The translations under genes and the position numbers were made by a program. The notes beneath the pieces are model-generated. The model saw nothing but the letters and a program-made list of their open reading frames with translations, ran no database searches and was not told the DNA's origin. DNA of 64,000 bases from Octopus sinensis (Eukaryota): contig NW_021832609.1 of assembly GCF_006345805.1 (NCBI RefSeq), forward strand, positions 41,971 to 105,970, written 5' to 3'. Positions 60,801-64,000 of this stretch are shown piece after piece. The stretch's first letter is position 1. Every line of letters starts with the position of its first letter.

Positions 60801-62949
60801 TAAAAGAGCAGTTTGTAGGGGCATAGAATTGCCAAATGGAAAGAGAATGGAAGACCCCAGATGATGAGGGGTACAAGTACCTTGGGATCCTAGTGTTGGA
60901 CAATATCTTGCATGGAGAAATGAAAGACAATGTCATCATAGCATATTTGAAGTGCCTTAAACTCCTTGAAATCAAAGTGCAACTCAAGCAACCTTGTGAC
61001 TGCCATCAACATATGGGCTGTTACTGCAGTGCACTAATCAACAATGCTTCGGTACTGGACAAGTGCAGGCAGGATGGTTTCATGCTTCTGAATGCATCTC
61101 AGACATGCTTGGCTTATGGCACTTCCATGCCTGTAGGGTTTATCTTGAACCAGTAATGCTCTCCAGTAGCACTGCCATGCCAGAGATTTCTAGAAATTAT
61201 CTGTCTGCTTTGGGCTGAAATTTCTCTGAGAGAGCAGTTTGTTGATGGTCTTCACTGCCCAAGTCTCCCTAAGAATATCATCACTTTTACCCACCACTAA
61301 TCCTCTATAGAATGCTGAAGTGAATTTTCCACCTATCACCATACGTGACGGGCTGAGGGTTATGAGTGCTTGAAGACATTCTATATTTCAAGTGCTCTCT
61401 CTCACAATCTTGTCAACAAGACAAGCAAGGCCAACACATGTCTGGCAAACGTCAACCATATCTGTTCACTGGAGATATTGGAGATGCATAGCATCAGTGC
61501 ATGTTTGCACATCATAAGCCATGGCATGCCCAGTCCAACCATGCAGTGGGTGTGGACAGTAGATGGATTGCCTGACCATGGGAATGCATCCCTTTCACAA
61601 AATGTGAAAGAGTATATGCTTTAGTGCAGCCAGGTGGGGATCATGACATAGCATGATGATCAGGTGGTAATAGATAATGAACAAGATGTACACATTAGCC
61701 ACTTCAGCCCAACCCTTCAAGGATAGCTGCCATGTAGCATGGCTGTTTGTACACATGCATCATACAGTCTACCTTTTACTTTGAGCGAGAGGTCATTTGT
61801 CACCAGCAGAGGTAGGAGCTCTCAGAACTTTGCCCAGGCTATTCTTATTCTAGCAGCTACGCTTTCAGAGCATCCATCCCTACTACTAACTTGGTCCCCT
61901 AGCTAATGGACGCTAGACTTCTTTCAAACTGAAAGTATTCACACATTACAATAGTAATACTGAAATAATGTAAGAGATAAGAGATTGCTCTAGGCTTGCA
62001 TTAGGCAAGAAGTTGAAACTTTTTTTGGCCCATGACACTGCATAGACCCTAAGTAAGGCATGTGTAAAATTTGAGTGAAATCGGTTGTGTAGTTCTCAAA
62101 TTTTAGGGATTCACGCAGACAGACAGATAGACACACATTCTTATTTTTATACATTAGCCACTTCTGCCCAACCCTTCAAGGAAAGCTTCTTCTCAGGACA
62201 TTTCTGGATGAGAGTAGTCACCTCGCTCATCACTCCATCCCAGTTTTATTTTTTGTCAATCTGGAGGTCAATATAAAACCAGACCCTAAGCAATTTAGCC
62301 AATCTGTCCATCCAGCACTCAACAATGCTGTTGAATAGCATAGACTTTTCTTTCCAGGTGCCAAGCTGCAAGCCCTCTGACTTTACCTGGTTAATTTTCA
62401 CTCCTTTATACTCCCTAAGTGCAGTCCCAATCATCTCAATGATTTTGGTTTTTGACATCATCAGCAAATGCTCACACAGTATTCCCCACAGTGTATCCAG
62501 ATGGTACACTAGTTGTTTGAGAGTCAATAAATACAACAGAGATGAGAGTAGAGGAGACAAACTGGCAGACCAAGTGTATGACGTTGAACAGTTCCAAGAG
62601 GTGACTGCTCACTCTCACTATTGAACAGGTGTTACTGTACATTGGAGTGATCCATACCTTGAATATGGGCCCAAAACTGGCTGTCTTGAGGACTGCTACC
62701 AGGTACCAGTGGTCAACCCTATTGAAAACTTTGGATTGACCTTAATTGATCAGCGCCCCACCAATTTCTGGTTTTTGAGCCATTTTCGTAGATGGATCTT
62801 TTGGGGATGGTGTATGTCTGTACCTCCCCTTACCAGGCCACTGATGACATGCACCAACCTCATAGCTGACTGACCATCTGAAAATGATGGCTTCATATGT
62901 AGTTGATGCATTGTAGCTCATACTAGCACTCTAGAAACTGAGCCACTTA

Positions 62950-63540
62950 AATGCCAAGGCAATTCACTATAAGTAATTGATGGCTTTTCTTACATGGGAG
63001 ATGTGATTAGCAAGATTACTCTGAAAGCATAGTACTCAGAGTAAGAATGGGCTGGAAAAGCTCAGGGATTTACTAGCACTGCTGAAAACAAAGGTCTTTT
63101 CCTCCATAAGGAAAGGCAGAATATATGTTACATGTGTTAGAACTGCAATGCTGCACGCCAGTGAGACATGGGCCTTGAATGCAGAGAACATAATAGGTTG
63201 GAAAGAAATAAAGTTAGCATGCTCCTTTGGATGTGCAAGGTAAGAATGCATGAACATTACAATATAAATGACCTGAGAAAAAGACATTTATACTAAGAGG
63301 AATCAATGTAATGTGATGTACTAAGAGGAATCATGTAATGTGCAAGAGAAAAGACTATTCTGGTATGAGAATGTGATGTAAATGGATGAGGACAGCTGTA
63401 TAAAATGTGATGATCACTAAATATAGCTAGAGCCTGTAAATGATGAAGATCCAGGAAGATACAGAATAAAGTAATCGAGGTTGACCTCAGGACTCTGAAC
63501 ATCACAGACGAAAATAACAAACGATTGGCATATTTGGTGA
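62950..63540 (+). mobile_element. Decayed RTE LINE 3' fragment
   Basis: TAMLHASETWALNAEN and FWYENVM, homologous to 27200-27480. Confidence 0.7.
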
Positions 63541-64000
63541 TATGAAGTTCTTATGAAAACTTGCTCACTATGATAAAAATGTTTTCTAGAAGCACTGCAT
63601 GGGGATATATTATATACTAGCAGCGATACTTGGCATTACTCAAGATGAAAATGGCATAGTTTGTATATAATATATTACAGTTATGTTGAAACAGACGATA
63701 TGGGAAAGTACAGCATTGACAACAAAACATTTGTGGAGTAAATGATGGCTAATTCGACTAAGCAACATGCTATGTGTCCATTTAGAGTATCTCATGAAAA
63801 ATTGGAGTATGTCATGGAAAATTGCGGGCAGCGGTTATGTGATTTTTGAAGACACCAAAAAGCTGTCAGTGGATATACTCTCTTTTGCAGCAGTCGGTGC
63901 TGTGTCTAAAACGACCCATCATCTGAAATTACTGCCCTCTTTCAAGTTTCCTGTTGTGATGTTGGTTCATCTGGCACCTTGGACAGCAAGGGGGTCAAGT

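Noticed and set aside
34400-64000. Downstream PTP or kinase domain for the tyrosine-motif gene
   Set aside because: No catalytic motifs (e.g. NRY, HCSAG, HRD/DFG) were recognised in any frame I read; the gene's identity remains open.

Overview
AT-rich, repeat-dense animal genomic DNA. The SINE and RTE-tail families suggest an octopus or other cephalopod; this is my recognition, not a database result. There is no prokaryotic operon or CRISPR content. Mostly nested, decayed transposons: hAT (1-2955), Penelope-like elements (PLE), RTE, CR1, R4/Dong and L1/Tx1 LINEs, tRNA-SINEs, Tigger/pogo, a TIR-complete Tc1 (18115-19738), probable Helitrons, and a full-length CsRn1-type Ty3/Gypsy (45334-51168; 4-bp TSD, tRNA-Trp PBS) inserted in an R4 LINE. 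The ORF track misses a probable + strand host gene made of very small phase-1 exons. Its clearest part is a two-exon cassette (60 + 42 nt) encoding tyrosine signalling motifs (YLEL/YLEM, YVNV), present three times (22.2, 24.6, 34.0 kb). The third copy is apparently decaying and split from its upstream flank by a 7.65-kb insertion with terminal inverted repeats. Also notable: hammerhead-ribozyme-like motifs, three inside long palindromes and some with non-canonical cores; an in-frame RTE/Penelope RT chimera; and an intronless USP-protease relic. All alignments were done by eye. TE boundaries without TSD/TIR support are approximate.
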